Assembly (NCBI GenBank): GCA_965217995.1
Contig: CBDCKB010000004.1
Span: forward strand, 1,937,170 to 2,001,169
Reading direction: 5' to 3'
Origin: Rhodobacterales bacterium
GTDB lineage: Bacteria; Pseudomonadota; Alphaproteobacteria; Rhodobacterales; CAZPXZ01
DNA length: 64,000 nucleotides
The translations under genes were made by a program, and so were the position numbers. Shown here piece after piece: positions 54,001 to 64,000 of this stretch; positions within the stretch are counted from its first letter, which is position 1, and each line of letters begins with the position of its first letter. Under the pieces are notes generated by a model, which saw only the letters and a list, made by a program, of their open reading frames with translations, had not been told where the DNA came from and did no database searches.

Positions 54001-55511
54001 GACGCCTCGAAACGATCTGCCACCAGCCGGTCGAGAGTCCGCACCCCCCACCCCGTCGCGCCCTTGGGGGAAAGCACCTGATCCGAACTCTGCGAGGTTA
54101 CGCCCGCGATATCGAGATGCGCCCAGACCTGGTCCGGGCGGATGAAGGCGCGCAGGAATTCCGCCGCGGCAATGGCACCGCCCCAGGGCTGGCTGCCCAC
54201 ATTGGCGAGATCCGCCACCCGCGAATGCAGTGCCTTGGCGTATTCCTTTCCAAGCGGCATGCGCCAGAGTCCCTCACCCTCCGTCTCCGCCGCGCTGGAA
54301 AGCCCCGCGGCCAGCTCCTCATCATTGGCGAAGAATCCCGCCTTCTCCACCCCGAGCGACACCATCATCGCGCCGGTCAGAGTCGCGAGATCGATGACCG
54401 CCGAGGGCGCGAAGCGATCCTGCGCGTAATGCAACAGATCGGCGAGCACGAGGCGCCCTTCGGCATCGGTGTTGATCACCTCGACCGTCTTGCCCGCCAT
54501 CGTCGTGACGACATCGCCCGGCCGCTGGGCACAACCGTCCGGCATGTTCTCCACCAGCCCGACGATTCCGACCACATCGGCCCGCGCCCCGCGAAGCGCG
54601 AGCGCTTTCATGGTGCCGGCCACGACGGCCGCACCGCCCATATCCATGGTCATCTCCTCCATCCCCTTGCTGGGCTTGATGGAGATGCCCCCGGTGTCGA
54701 ACACCACACCCTTGCCGACCAGGGCCAGCGGAGCCGAGCCGGAATCACCCCCACCGCGCCAGCGCATCACCCCGACCCGACTCTCGCGTGGACTCCCCTG
54801 TCCGACCGCAAGCAAGGTTCGCATACCGAGTTTCTCAAGCTGCGCCTCGTCGAGAATCTCGACCTCCAGCCCGTCCCCCGACAATTCCTCGAGACGTGCA
54901 GCAAATTCGTCCGTGCCGAGATGATTGGCAGGTTCGTTGACCAGATCGCGGGCGAAGCAGACCCCCGCCAGCGCGGCAGCCCGCGGTACGAAAGCCGCCT
55001 CCACCGTGGAGGCCTTGCCGAGCGCAACCGCGACCGGGCCCGGCTCCGGCTCCGGTGGCGCGTCCGGGTCACAGCCGGCATCCGTCCGGTATTGATCGAA
55101 GCGATAGGTCCGCAGACCCGCACCGAGTGCCATCTCGCAAATCAATGCCTCCTCCCCGGAACCGGTGAATGTGCCCTCGGCAAAAATCGTGCCACCTGCC
55201 TTGCCGAACGCCGCCGCCGCTACGGCACCGGCCTCGCGGGCCACTTCCGCATCCACATCCTTCCGTGCCCCGGCACCAACCACGACCAGTGAACGGGCGG
55301 CAAGACCATGCGGATGCGGCAGAACCGCGCTCTTTCCGGGGGCGGCGGAGAACGTCGGGTCGGCAAGCAACCGGCTGATCGCCCCCCCGCTGGCTGCATC
55401 GGCAGAAGCGGCGGCACCGACGGGCTTCCCGTCGGAAAAGACCAGGACCGCAATATTGCCCGCGGTTTCGGAGACCGCCGAGAGTTGGATGCTCGAAAAT
55501 TGTACCTTCAT
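53997..55511 (-). CDS. pepA: Leucyl aminopeptidase (M17)
   Basis: VGKGVVFDTGGISIK, NTDAEGRL and DLATLTGA. Confidence 0.96.
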   Translation of the reverse strand: MKVQFSSIQLSAVSETAGNIAVLVFSDGKPVGAAASADAASGGAISRLLADPTFSAAPGKSAVLPHPHGLAARSLVVVGAGARKDVDAEVAREAGAVAAAAFGKAGGTIFAEGTFTGSGEEALICEMALGAGLRTYRFDQYRTDAGCDPDAPPEPEPGPVAVALGKASTVEAAFVPRAAALAGVCFARDLVNEPANHLGTDEFAARLEELSGDGLEVEILDEAQLEKLGMRTLLAVGQGSPRESRVGVMRWRGGGDSGSAPLALVGKGVVFDTGGISIKPSKGMEEMTMDMGGAAVVAGTMKALALRGARADVVGIVGLVENMPDGCAQRPGDVVTTMAGKTVEVINTDAEGRLVLADLLHYAQDRFAPSAVIDLATLTGAMMVSLGVEKAGFFANDEELAAGLSSAAETEGEGLWRMPLGKEYAKALHSRVADLANVGSQPWGGAIAAAEFLRAFIRPDQVWAHLDIAGVTSQSSDQVLSPKGATGWGVRTLDRLVADRFEAS

Positions 55512-55657
55512 GCCTGCCCTCCGCCTGTTTGCTGGAACACACCCACAACCGGTCGTATCTCACGCCCGCCGCGTGCAGCGTATATATAGTGGAAATCGGA
55601 CACTTAGATACTTGCCTCCCCCCACGACCGGGAGGAGCCGTGCGCCGGAGCCGCCCT

Positions 55658-56758
55658 ATGGCCACCTTGGACCGCTACCTGTTCCGCCAGCTTCTCTGGA
55701 GCAGCCTCGGGCTTCTCGTCGTGGTGTTCTGTATCGTTTTCCTGGCCCAGTCGATCCGGATCGTGGAGACCGTCGCCCAACACGGAAAGGGGCTGCGCCT
55801 GTTTGCGGAGCTGGCCGCGCTTCTGGCACCCCCCATCCTGGCACTCGCCCTGCCGACGACCGGTTTCGTGGGTGTGGTCCACACCCTCTACCGGTTGCAC
55901 AGCAACTCCGAGATCGCCGCCATCCACGCGGCCGGGGTCGGCCCTTACCGGTTGTTGCCGTCCGTCCTGCGCTTTGCAATCCTGATCTCGTTCCTGACCG
56001 CCTGCGCGACCCTCTATCTCTCCCCTGTCGCATCCCGCGTATCACAGGAGCGGCTGTCCGATCTGCGCAATGATCTCGGAGTCCGATTGCTTCAGGACGG
56101 CCGCTTCCTCAACCCCTCGACCGGGGTGACAGTGTTTGTGCACCGGATCGACCGGAACCAGGTCATGCACAATGTATTCGTCCATGATGCCCACAATCCC
56201 AATGCCGCGACAAGCTATGTGGCCCAGCGGGCGCAGCTCGAATGGAACGGCCCGCGCCCGCAGCTGATCATGTTCGAGGGCAGTGCCTACACCGTTGACA
56301 GTACCGGCCAGCAGATCGGACTGCTGCGCTACGACCAGTTCATCTACGACCTGTCCGGCTTGCTTCAGCAGCGCGGCGTACGCTTTCCGCGCCCGCACGA
56401 GCTCTTTGTGACCGAACTGTTCGACCCGGAACTGGCCACACAATCCGAGCACCCGCGACGGAGCTACAGGCTCAAGGGCCATGAGCAGCTCAGTGCCCCG
56501 CTCTACGCTCTCGCGCTGCCCTTCCTTGCCTTGGCCGGGCTGCTGGGAGGCCGCGCACGACCGACCATCAGCACCGGCCGCATACTGGCCACGGTCAGTG
56601 CCGGATTGGCACTCTTCGTGTCGGCCTTCGCAACCAAAGCCGCCGCACTTGCGTCCTCTGACTGGACCGCGGCTCTCTATCTCCTGCCGGTCGCCGTGCT
56701 GCTCGTATCGATACTCAGCCTGGCACTGTCGGGCGGACGCCCCCGGGTGCCGGCATGA
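55658..56758 (+). CDS. lptF: LPS export ABC transporter permease LptF
   Basis: TLDRYLFRQL, SEIAAIHAAG; TM pattern and synteny. Confidence 0.85.
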   Translation: MATLDRYLFRQLLWSSLGLLVVVFCIVFLAQSIRIVETVAQHGKGLRLFAELAALLAPPILALALPTTGFVGVVHTLYRLHSNSEIAAIHAAGVGPYRLLPSVLRFAILISFLTACATLYLSPVASRVSQERLSDLRNDLGVRLLQDGRFLNPSTGVTVFVHRIDRNQVMHNVFVHDAHNPNAATSYVAQRAQLEWNGPRPQLIMFEGSAYTVDSTGQQIGLLRYDQFIYDLSGLLQQRGVRFPRPHELFVTELFDPELATQSEHPRRSYRLKGHEQLSAPLYALALPFLALAGLLGGRARPTISTGRILATVSAGLALFVSAFATKAAALASSDWTAALYLLPVAVLLVSILSLALSGGRPRVPA

Positions 56759-57858
56759 CCTGGATTCTCTGGCAAGTCCAGGTCCGACGGTTCCTCTCCA
56801 TGTTCCTGCTTGCGCTGACCGGGATGTCCTTCCTGATCTTCTGCGCCAGTTTGGCCGAATTCGGCCGGCGGGCCGCCAATGCCGATCTCCCCTTCTCGCT
56901 GCTGGTGCAGATGGCAGCCCTCCAGACCCCCGATCTGATCCTGCATGTGCTGCCGCTGATCTGGCTGCTTTCTGCACTCTGGTGCTTCGTAGGACTCGCA
57001 CATGCGCAAATGTTCCTGGTCGCACGGATATCGGGGTTCACGCCCTGGCATGTCCTGGCACCGGTCATCTGCGTCGGTGCGGGCATCGGCCTGATTGCTG
57101 TGACCGCGGTCAATCCGATTACCGCCAGCATGGCGCAAAAACTCCAGCGCCTTGAATCCGTCCATCTGCGCGGCAATCTTTCGTTCCTCGAAGTGTCGCC
57201 TACCGGAATCTGGCTGCGGCAAGCGGACCGCAACGGACAGTCGGTGCTGCATGCCCGCGCCGCCAACAGCCGGGGCACGGTACTTTTCGGCGTGGAAATG
57301 TTCGGATTCGATGACGACGGCGCGCTTATCCGTCATATCGCGGCCGACAGCGCGGTTCTGGCCGAGACCCAATGGGTAATGCGAAACGCGCAGGTGCATC
57401 AATTGGATGCGGTCGCTCCCGGCGATCTCCCGCCCGAATTCTCCACAACGACCTATACTTGGGATACCCATCTGACCGCGCAGGGAATTCTGGACAGTTT
57501 CAGCCCGCCCGAAGCGATCCCGGTATGGAAACTGCCCGAATTCATCCAGACACTGGTCGCCTCCGGTTTCGATGCCCGACGCCACATCATCCACCTGCAC
57601 GCACTCTGGTCCCTTCCCATCGTCATGATGGCCATGGCTCTGGCCGCGGCCGCCGCCGGGCTCCGCCATCCTTCGCTCGGCGACCGTTTCCGGCGCTGCA
57701 TCCTGGTCGGTCTCGCGGGATGTGCGTTCTTTTCTATGCTGTATGCTGTGAAGACCCTGGCCGTGAACGGCGGCTCGGTCGCCCTGTGGGTCTGGGGATC
57801 GGCCTTCGTCGGCCTGTTCGCATTGGGCGGCATGTTCTTGCGCATGGAACCCGGATGA
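56755..57858 (+). CDS. lptG: LPS export ABC transporter permease LptG
   Basis: LptF/G-type permease with GIWLRQ and WKLPEFI..L..SGF; synteny. Confidence 0.85.
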   Translation: MTWILWQVQVRRFLSMFLLALTGMSFLIFCASLAEFGRRAANADLPFSLLVQMAALQTPDLILHVLPLIWLLSALWCFVGLAHAQMFLVARISGFTPWHVLAPVICVGAGIGLIAVTAVNPITASMAQKLQRLESVHLRGNLSFLEVSPTGIWLRQADRNGQSVLHARAANSRGTVLFGVEMFGFDDDGALIRHIAADSAVLAETQWVMRNAQVHQLDAVAPGDLPPEFSTTTYTWDTHLTAQGILDSFSPPEAIPVWKLPEFIQTLVASGFDARRHIIHLHALWSLPIVMMAMALAAAAAGLRHPSLGDRFRRCILVGLAGCAFFSMLYAVKTLAVNGGSVALWVWGSAFVGLFALGGMFLRMEPG

Positions 57859-60020
57859 TCCGTCCCTCCGCCCTCGGCGGCTTTCTGCTTCTGCTGGGTC
57901 TTTCCGTCGGTGCCCCCGATCGTGCCGGGGCCGCCGAGGCCGCCTGCAGAGAGCAGACCGTGATTGAGGCAGACACCGTGACCTACGATTTCAGACAGGA
58001 AATCATCACGGCCACCGGCCAGGTGCATCTCATCCGGGACGGGCGCAGCCTTACCGCCGAGCAGATCCTCTACCACCGAGCCGAGGGCCGCATCGAGATT
58101 CCCGGACCGTTCCGGAGCACCTCCCCCAATGGTGACATTCTCGAGGGCCGCCAGGCAGAATACGACGAGCGGCTCGCCCGCGGTGAAATCATCGAGGTCC
58201 GCGCCCGGCTCAGCGGCGAGGTCGGCATCCTGACAGCCGCCACAGCGGCCCAGGAGGAAGGGCGCGGCCTGACTCTCGAGAAAGCGCAATACAGCCCCTG
58301 TCCGGTATCGGAAACCGACCCCACCCCCGCCTGGCAGATACACGCGGACCACATCGAACATGACCGGGAAAATCGGGATCTGATCTTCACCAATGCCCGC
58401 TTCGACGCGTTCGGCGTGCCCGTGGGCTGGATGCCGGCCTTTCGCATGCCGGATCCCAGCGTCCAACGCCGATCGGGATTCCTGGTCCCTACCCTGCACC
58501 GCGGAGTCACCTACGGGCTTGCCTTCCGCGCACCGTATTATCTCGCCCTCGATCCCGACCGAGAGGCCTATCTGACCGCATTCATGACCGCGCGCGAAGG
58601 CGCCATCCTGGAAGGGAAATACCAGCAATTGCTGCCGGATGGAAACCTGACCAGCCGCGGAAGCCTGACCCACAAATCCCTGTCCAACAGCACGGACAGC
58701 GGATTTCGGGGGCATTTCGTCCTGGATGCCGAGATTCGCCCGGACCCCACGACTACGATTGGCACCGAACTGAATGTCGCCAGCCACCAGGGGTATCTGC
58801 GCCGCTATGAATATTCCGATAGCGACCGCCTCCGGAACCGGTTCTTTTTCGAGCACTACGATGACGAGGAAATCCTCGAAGGGGAGATGCTCGCCTTCCA
58901 GAGCCACCGTGATGGCGAGCGCAGCCGGACACTTCCCATCCTGCTTCCCAATCTCTTCTACCAGCGGCGCCTGCCGGGCCCGCGACCGATCCGCGGCGTC
59001 CTGTCACTGGGCAGCCATGCGCGCGTGCTCCGCCGAATCGACGGCAGGGACGTGGCCACCCTTGGCGTGGAAGCCGGATGGGAACGCCAGGGCCTCCTCT
59101 CGCCCACCGGGGTCCGGCTCACCGTCTACGGCAATGCGCGAGCAGAGCGCGTTTGGGTTTCTGACCAGCCAGACAATGCCCAACCCGGGTATGAGACCAC
59201 GACTCCCAGCTACTCGGAAACCGGACTGGAAGTCGTCTGGCCGCTGATCCGGGTCGGCAGTTTCGGCGCCGATCTGCTGGAACCCTTCGCGCAGGTGACC
59301 CTGTCGCCCAACCGGACCTCCCAGGAGGAAGTGCCCAATGAAGACAGCCTCGATGTGGAGTTTGATGAATTCTCGCTGCTTTCGCGCAACCGCTTCACCG
59401 GCCGCGACCGCTTCGAGACAGGCCTCCGCATGGCGACCGGATTGCGCTACGCGCTTGCCCTGCGCCAAGGCATACGATTCGAGGCGATCGGCGGTCAGGT
59501 GTTCCGCGAGCAGGCACTCACCACGTTCACGAGGGGTTCAGGTCTTCGTGGACCGGCCTCGGATTATGTCGGTGCCTGGAGCCTGTCGCTCCGGGATCCG
59601 ATATCGCTCAACCTCCTGCACCGCCTGCGCCTGGCCAAGAATTTTGAAGTCCAGCGCAGCGATCTCAGCCTTCGCGGCAACTGGCAGAACATCGGATTCA
59701 AAGGTACCTATGTGTTCCTCGAAGGTGATCCCGATGCCCCGCCGGAGACCCTTGAGCATCTGCCCCGCGGGGAATTCCAGTCAGAGGTCGCATTGCCGCT
59801 CAACCAGTCCTGGCATCTGGCACTCAATTACCGTCTTGACACCAGAAGAGATCGCTCGATATCGGTCGGGAGTGAAATTCGCTACGCGCACCCATGCTTC
59901 CAATTGCGCATCGGAGTCGAACGGAACTACAACGGGTCCATCAATGCCCCGCCCGGCACGGAAGTGGGCCTGCAGATCGAGCTGCTGACATTCGACAGCG
60001 ACCGGAGTGAGAATGGCTGA
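57855..60020 (+). CDS. lptD: LPS assembly outer membrane protein LptD
   Basis: IEADTV.YD, YSPC, PAWQI, RRSGFLVP, PNEDS and NRFTGRDRFE; start at ATG 57855. Confidence 0.92.
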   Translation: MIRPSALGGFLLLLGLSVGAPDRAGAAEAACREQTVIEADTVTYDFRQEIITATGQVHLIRDGRSLTAEQILYHRAEGRIEIPGPFRSTSPNGDILEGRQAEYDERLARGEIIEVRARLSGEVGILTAATAAQEEGRGLTLEKAQYSPCPVSETDPTPAWQIHADHIEHDRENRDLIFTNARFDAFGVPVGWMPAFRMPDPSVQRRSGFLVPTLHRGVTYGLAFRAPYYLALDPDREAYLTAFMTAREGAILEGKYQQLLPDGNLTSRGSLTHKSLSNSTDSGFRGHFVLDAEIRPDPTTTIGTELNVASHQGYLRRYEYSDSDRLRNRFFFEHYDDEEILEGEMLAFQSHRDGERSRTLPILLPNLFYQRRLPGPRPIRGVLSLGSHARVLRRIDGRDVATLGVEAGWERQGLLSPTGVRLTVYGNARAERVWVSDQPDNAQPGYETTTPSYSETGLEVVWPLIRVGSFGADLLEPFAQVTLSPNRTSQEEVPNEDSLDVEFDEFSLLSRNRFTGRDRFETGLRMATGLRYALALRQGIRFEAIGGQVFREQALTTFTRGSGLRGPASDYVGAWSLSLRDPISLNLLHRLRLAKNFEVQRSDLSLRGNWQNIGFKGTYVFLEGDPDAPPETLEHLPRGEFQSEVALPLNQSWHLALNYRLDTRRDRSISVGSEIRYAHPCFQLRIGVERNYNGSINAPPGTEVGLQIELLTFDSDRSENG

Positions 60021-61287
60021 GCAAAAAATCGGCGCACCGGCCGGCAGCTTCCGCAAATACCTGGGCGTGTTCGCGGTGCTGGCGGCGACCGGCATCCCCG
60101 CCGTCCAGGCGGCCAATCCTTTCGCAACCGTCGCCACGGTCGGAGAAGACATCATCACGCGCTACGAGGTCGACCAGTATATCGCCATCCGGACACACAA
60201 CCCGAATATCCCGAATTCTTCGGAATTCGAGCAGCAGGCACTGGACGAGCTGATCGATGCCCGACTTATCGCCAAGGAAGCGCGACGCTATCGGGTGTCG
60301 GTTTCCCGCAGCGAGGTCACTCGCTCGCTGGATCTCAACGCCCAGCGCGACGGAATCAGCGGAAGCACCCTGCTTCGCAACTATGCCAGGATCGGGGTGA
60401 CCGAGGAATCGCTGCGGGCAGCGCTCCACACACAGATCCTCACCCGTCGGCTCGCACATGCTCTCTTCGCGGGCCGGATCAGCACCGAGGTCGATCCGGA
60501 TGCCCTGGAAGCCCGAATCGCAGCCTACGAAAACAACCAGCCGATCGCCTATCACCTGTTCGAGATCGACCTCGGCGTGATGGACGATCCCGCAAGGTTG
60601 CAGAGCCTCGTCGATGGCATCCAGAAGCGCATGGACCGCGGCGAACAATTTTCCAACATCGCAGTGCGCATCAGCCGGGCAGACAACGCGGCAGAAGGCG
60701 GCGAATGGGGCTGGTTCACGGACACGCAGCTCACCCCGGAGATGCTTGCCATCGTACAAAACATCCCCATCGGCGGCATCAGCCCCCCTCTGCATCTGCC
60801 GTCCGGGGAGACGCGGATCATCCATGTCGCAGACCGGGCTGCGCGCACGCTCCCCGGGGTGACACCGTGGTCTGTCAGCATGGAGATATTTCTTGCCCCC
60901 GCCACCGCCGATGAAGACCGGGAGCAGGCACTCGCCCGGATCACGCAGGCACATCAACTGATCCGCGAATGCGGTGCCGAGCTACCCGACGGCCTGGCTG
61001 TCGAGCGACGCATTCTCCAGAACGTGGCGGCCGCCGATCTCCCTTCAGCGCAACGTGACGCCGCAATCTCCCTCAACGTTCAGGAAGCGACGCAGCCTGT
61101 GCTGACCCCCGAGGGCGCATCCTTCCTCCTGCTCTGCGACCGTACGGGAGGCATCTCGGAGCAGGATCGGGAGCAGGTCACCCGGGAACTCGCTACTGAA
61201 CTCGGCTTTGAGCGCATGGAGCAACTTTGGACCGCCCATCTCAGCGGCCTCCGCGCCCGCGCCATCATCACCCGCAAAGACCCATGA
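60013..61287 (+). CDS. surA: SurA-like periplasmic chaperone / peptidyl-prolyl isomerase
   Basis: Signal peptide, ATVGEDIITRYEV and AAEGGEWGW; lies between lptD and pdxA. Confidence 0.82.
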   Translation: MAEQKIGAPAGSFRKYLGVFAVLAATGIPAVQAANPFATVATVGEDIITRYEVDQYIAIRTHNPNIPNSSEFEQQALDELIDARLIAKEARRYRVSVSRSEVTRSLDLNAQRDGISGSTLLRNYARIGVTEESLRAALHTQILTRRLAHALFAGRISTEVDPDALEARIAAYENNQPIAYHLFEIDLGVMDDPARLQSLVDGIQKRMDRGEQFSNIAVRISRADNAAEGGEWGWFTDTQLTPEMLAIVQNIPIGGISPPLHLPSGETRIIHVADRAARTLPGVTPWSVSMEIFLAPATADEDREQALARITQAHQLIRECGAELPDGLAVERRILQNVAAADLPSAQRDAAISLNVQEATQPVLTPEGASFLLLCDRTGGISEQDREQVTRELATELGFERMEQLWTAHLSGLRARAIITRKDP

Positions 61288-62291
61288 TCACGCCCACCCT
61301 CGCCCTGACCATGGGCGAACCCGGCGGAATCGGAGGCGAGATTGCGATCTCTGCGTGGCATGAATTGCAGAATTCCGGCGAGTTCTGTTTCCTGGTCATC
61401 GACGACCCCGATCGGTTGCGCGCGCTAGCCGCCGGGAACACCCGGATCATCGAAATCAGCTCCCCTGCAGAAGCGGCTGCAGCTTTTGGCACAGGCCTCC
61501 CGGTTCTGGCAGAGACCCTGCCCGCACCCGTCCATCCCGGCGAGCCAACACCGGAAAACGCGGCGGCCACAATCCGATCGATCGAACGCGCGGCAGTCCT
61601 GGCCCGGGAGGGGCAGGTGGCGGCCATGGTGACCAATCCGATCGACAAGAAGGCGCTGCACAGCGGGGCCGGATTCCGGTATCCCGGGCACACCGATTTC
61701 CTCGCCAGCCTCACCGGCCATGCAGTGCCCGTGATGATGCTGGCAGCCGGAGCGTTCCGGACGGTACCGGTAACGGTGCATATCCCGTTCCGCGAAGTGC
61801 CCGGCTGCCTGACCCGAAAGGCCATCCTCCATGCGGGTCGTGTCACAGCACAGGCGCTACGGGACAATTTCGGCCTCGACCGCGCCCGCCTGGCGGTTGC
61901 TGGCCTCAATCCGCATGCCGGAGAGGCCGGTCTGCTCGGAGACGAGGAAGAGAAGGTCATCGGCCCGGCCGTCGCGGATCTGCGCCAGGACGGGATCGAC
62001 GCCAGCGGCCCCTTTTCGTCGGACACGATGTTCCGGCCCGAAGCGCGGGCCGGTTACGACGCCGCCATCTGCATGTATCACGACCAGGCCCTGATCCCGA
62101 TCAAGACCCTCGATTTCTCCACCACCGTGAATGTCACGCTTGGCCTGCCGATTGTCCGCACCTCACCCGGGCATGGAGTCGCCTACGACCTCGCGGGCAC
62201 CGGCCGCGCCGATGCGGCCCCCCTGCTGGCGGCTCTGCGTCTGGCCGCCGAAATGGCCGACCGCAGGGAAAGTTGCCCCCGACAACCATGA
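61284..62291 (+). CDS. pdxA: 4-hydroxythreonine-4-phosphate dehydrogenase
   Basis: TMGEPGGIGGE, PGHTDFL, GLNPHAGE, MYHDQ and RTSPGHG. Confidence 0.96.
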   Translation: MITPTLALTMGEPGGIGGEIAISAWHELQNSGEFCFLVIDDPDRLRALAAGNTRIIEISSPAEAAAAFGTGLPVLAETLPAPVHPGEPTPENAAATIRSIERAAVLAREGQVAAMVTNPIDKKALHSGAGFRYPGHTDFLASLTGHAVPVMMLAAGAFRTVPVTVHIPFREVPGCLTRKAILHAGRVTAQALRDNFGLDRARLAVAGLNPHAGEAGLLGDEEEKVIGPAVADLRQDGIDASGPFSSDTMFRPEARAGYDAAICMYHDQALIPIKTLDFSTTVNVTLGLPIVRTSPGHGVAYDLAGTGRADAAPLLAALRLAAEMADRRESCPRQP

Positions 62292-63181
62292 ACACCGAGG
62301 ACGGTCTGCCTCCGATCCGCGAAGTGCTCGCCCGGACAGGCCACCGGCCTTCCCGTGCGCTCGGGCAGAATTTCATCCGTGATCTGAACTACACGCGCCG
62401 GATTGTGGAGAAATCAGGAACCGTAAAAGATCAAACCGTGCTGGAAATCGGCCCAGGACCGGGCGGGCTGACCCGTGCGCTGCTGCTGGCCGGAGCCGCG
62501 CGGGTGATCGCGATCGAGCGGGACGCGCGCTGCCTCGAGGCCCTGCACGAAATCGCCGACCGCTGGCCGGGAAGGCTCGAGATCATCGAGAACGATGCCT
62601 TGCAGGTGGATCTGGACTCGATCTCGAACGGCCCGGTGAAAATCGTCGCCAACCTGCCCTATGGCATCGCCGCAGCTCTCCTGGTGCGCTGGCTGGGAGC
62701 TTCCGTCTGGCCTCCCGGGTGGACCGATGCAACCGTCATGCTGCAACGCGAAATGGCAGAACGGTTTGTCGCCGTGCCGGGGACGTCCGCCTACGGGCGC
62801 CTCACCATACTCGCACAGTGGCGGGCAAGCGTCGGGATCGTCATGCATGTGCCGCCCGAGGTGTTCATCCCCCCACCCAAGGTGGAATCCCGGCTGGTAC
62901 AGTTCCGCCCGTCACCGGATCCGGAGCCGGGTTTTACGCCCGCAACCCTGGCCCGGGTCACTGCGGCCGCATTCAACGGCCGCCGAAAGATGCTTCGACG
63001 CAGTATGGTTCCGCTTGCGGAACACCCGAAGGAACTTCTGGCAGCGGCCGGGGTATCGCCAGAACTGCGGGCCGATGCGCTACCGGTCGCGGGCTATTGT
63101 GCCCTCGCCCGAGAATACGAAAAACACCGCATCCACCCGACCGGTCAGTCCTCCGGGCCGGCCTCCCCCGATCCCATATAA
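62288..63181 (+). CDS. rsmA: 16S rRNA adenine dimethyltransferase
   Basis: LGQNFI, LEIGPGPGGLT, VANLPY and FIPPPKVES. Confidence 0.96.
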   Translation: MNTEDGLPPIREVLARTGHRPSRALGQNFIRDLNYTRRIVEKSGTVKDQTVLEIGPGPGGLTRALLLAGAARVIAIERDARCLEALHEIADRWPGRLEIIENDALQVDLDSISNGPVKIVANLPYGIAAALLVRWLGASVWPPGWTDATVMLQREMAERFVAVPGTSAYGRLTILAQWRASVGIVMHVPPEVFIPPPKVESRLVQFRPSPDPEPGFTPATLARVTAAAFNGRRKMLRRSMVPLAEHPKELLAAAGVSPELRADALPVAGYCALAREYEKHRIHPTGQSSGPASPDPI

Positions 63182-63624
63182 CGCCGGGGGCGGCGGCGCG
63201 ACGAAGGGCCGCCGTCCGAATCCGGGGCTGCGCGCCCTCTGCGGGGAGGCGGGCGGCTGTTGCCGCCGGCGTCGGCATCCTCCTCCGAAAATTCCGCACC
63301 ATTGGCGCGCATCTCATCGGAGGAATTCTCATCCGGCACATGATCTTCATGCTCGTCCCGCCGCTGCTGTTGCATCTTTCGGGCACTGATCACCATGCGT
63401 GAGTAATGCTCGGCATGTTGCAGGTAGCTTTCCGCCGCAACATGGTCGCCCACCGTCGCGGCATCCCGGGAGAGCACCCGGTATTTTTCTACGATCTGCT
63501 GCGGCGTTCCGCGCACTTTTCCATCCGGGCCAGTGCTGTCATACACGCGATTCTGCGGGTTTCCCATAGGGCTTCGCCCCTGCCGGGGACGGAAGCGGTT
63601 CGGTCGATTCAGGGGTGCCATCAT
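63145..63624 (-). CDS. DUF4167 domain protein
   Basis: NRVYDSTGPDGKVRGTPQQIVEKY...RDA and ESYLQHAEHYSR. Confidence 0.88.
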   Translation of the reverse strand: MMAPLNRPNRFRPRQGRSPMGNPQNRVYDSTGPDGKVRGTPQQIVEKYRVLSRDAATVGDHVAAESYLQHAEHYSRMVISARKMQQQRRDEHEDHVPDENSSDEMRANGAEFSEEDADAGGNSRPPPRRGRAAPDSDGGPSSRRRPRRYMGSGEAGPED

Positions 63625-63788
63625 TCCTCAAGCTCAGCGTTTCAGCCCGGACTGTTTTGAACAAACAGATACGCCCGGGACAGATTCAGGGTTCTGGGGT
63701 CCATCCACATCAGGAGCAGTCAACCACAAGGTCATGCGCCACTTGAATGCAGACGGGGTAATAGTGTGTAGCGTATCCGCCAGACAAT

Positions 63789-64000
63789 TCAAGCGGCAAG
63801 GGCTTCGAGGCATCGGGGTCGGCCGTCGAGATCCCGCCAGGTGCGGCGGATGACCAGACCCTCGCTTTCCAGGAGCGGCCGGATGGAGGTCTCCTGCCCG
63901 GCGCCGATTTCCAGCCAGGCCACTCCGCCGGGCGCAAGCAACCCGGCAAGGGCGGGGGCGAGCCGCCGATAGGCATCCAGCCCGTCGGGACCGCCATCGA
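63789..64000 (-). CDS. prmC: Release factor glutamine methyltransferase, 3' portion (not in ORF track)
   Basis: Manual translation: DGGPDGLDAYRRL...LAPGGVAWLEIGAGQ...RDLDGRPRC, stop at 63789-63791; usual position upstream of DUF4167. Confidence 0.9.
   Translation of the reverse strand, partial: DGGPDGLDAYRRLAPALAGLLAPGGVAWLEIGAGQETSIRPLLESEGLVIRRTWRDLDGRPRCLEALAA

Noticed and set aside
63710-63997. 95-aa minus ORF from the track
   Set aside because: Wrong frame; the overlapping frame encodes the recognisable PrmC C-terminus.

Overview
High-GC alphaproteobacterial chromosome segment, Rhodobacterales-like in gene content. The giant Calx-beta adhesins and the Rpn/DUF1640 paralogs suggest a host-associated (e.g. 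sponge) symbiont, which is inference. Backbone genes: complete nuoA-N operon (minus strand), uvrA/ssb/mnmA, class I aldolase and thiE-like gene, olsA/olsB, gmk, rlmE, a folate/corrinoid methyl-transfer cluster, tRNA(CAT), purMN, ndk, holC, pepA, lptFGD-surA-pdxA-rsmA, DUF4167 and the prmC 3' end. There are five accessory elements. (1) A >3300-codon repeat adhesin at 1-9991 that the ORF track misses, preceded by a 5-codon coupled leader ORF. (2) A 2.4 kb insertion splitting nuoG from nuoH, flanked by a CCTAGG duplication and inverted IS481 left ends, in which IS481-derived miniature elements alternate with tandem DUF1640/CCDC90-like genes. (3) An Rpn (PD-(D/E)XK) nuclease gene followed by two stand-alone tandem copies of its own C-terminal domain. 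(4) A large autotransporter-like gene with a 23-nt homopolymer just upstream of its start. (5) Further decayed IS481-derived MITEs in intergenic spaces. All family assignments come from motif recognition by eye; no searches were run.
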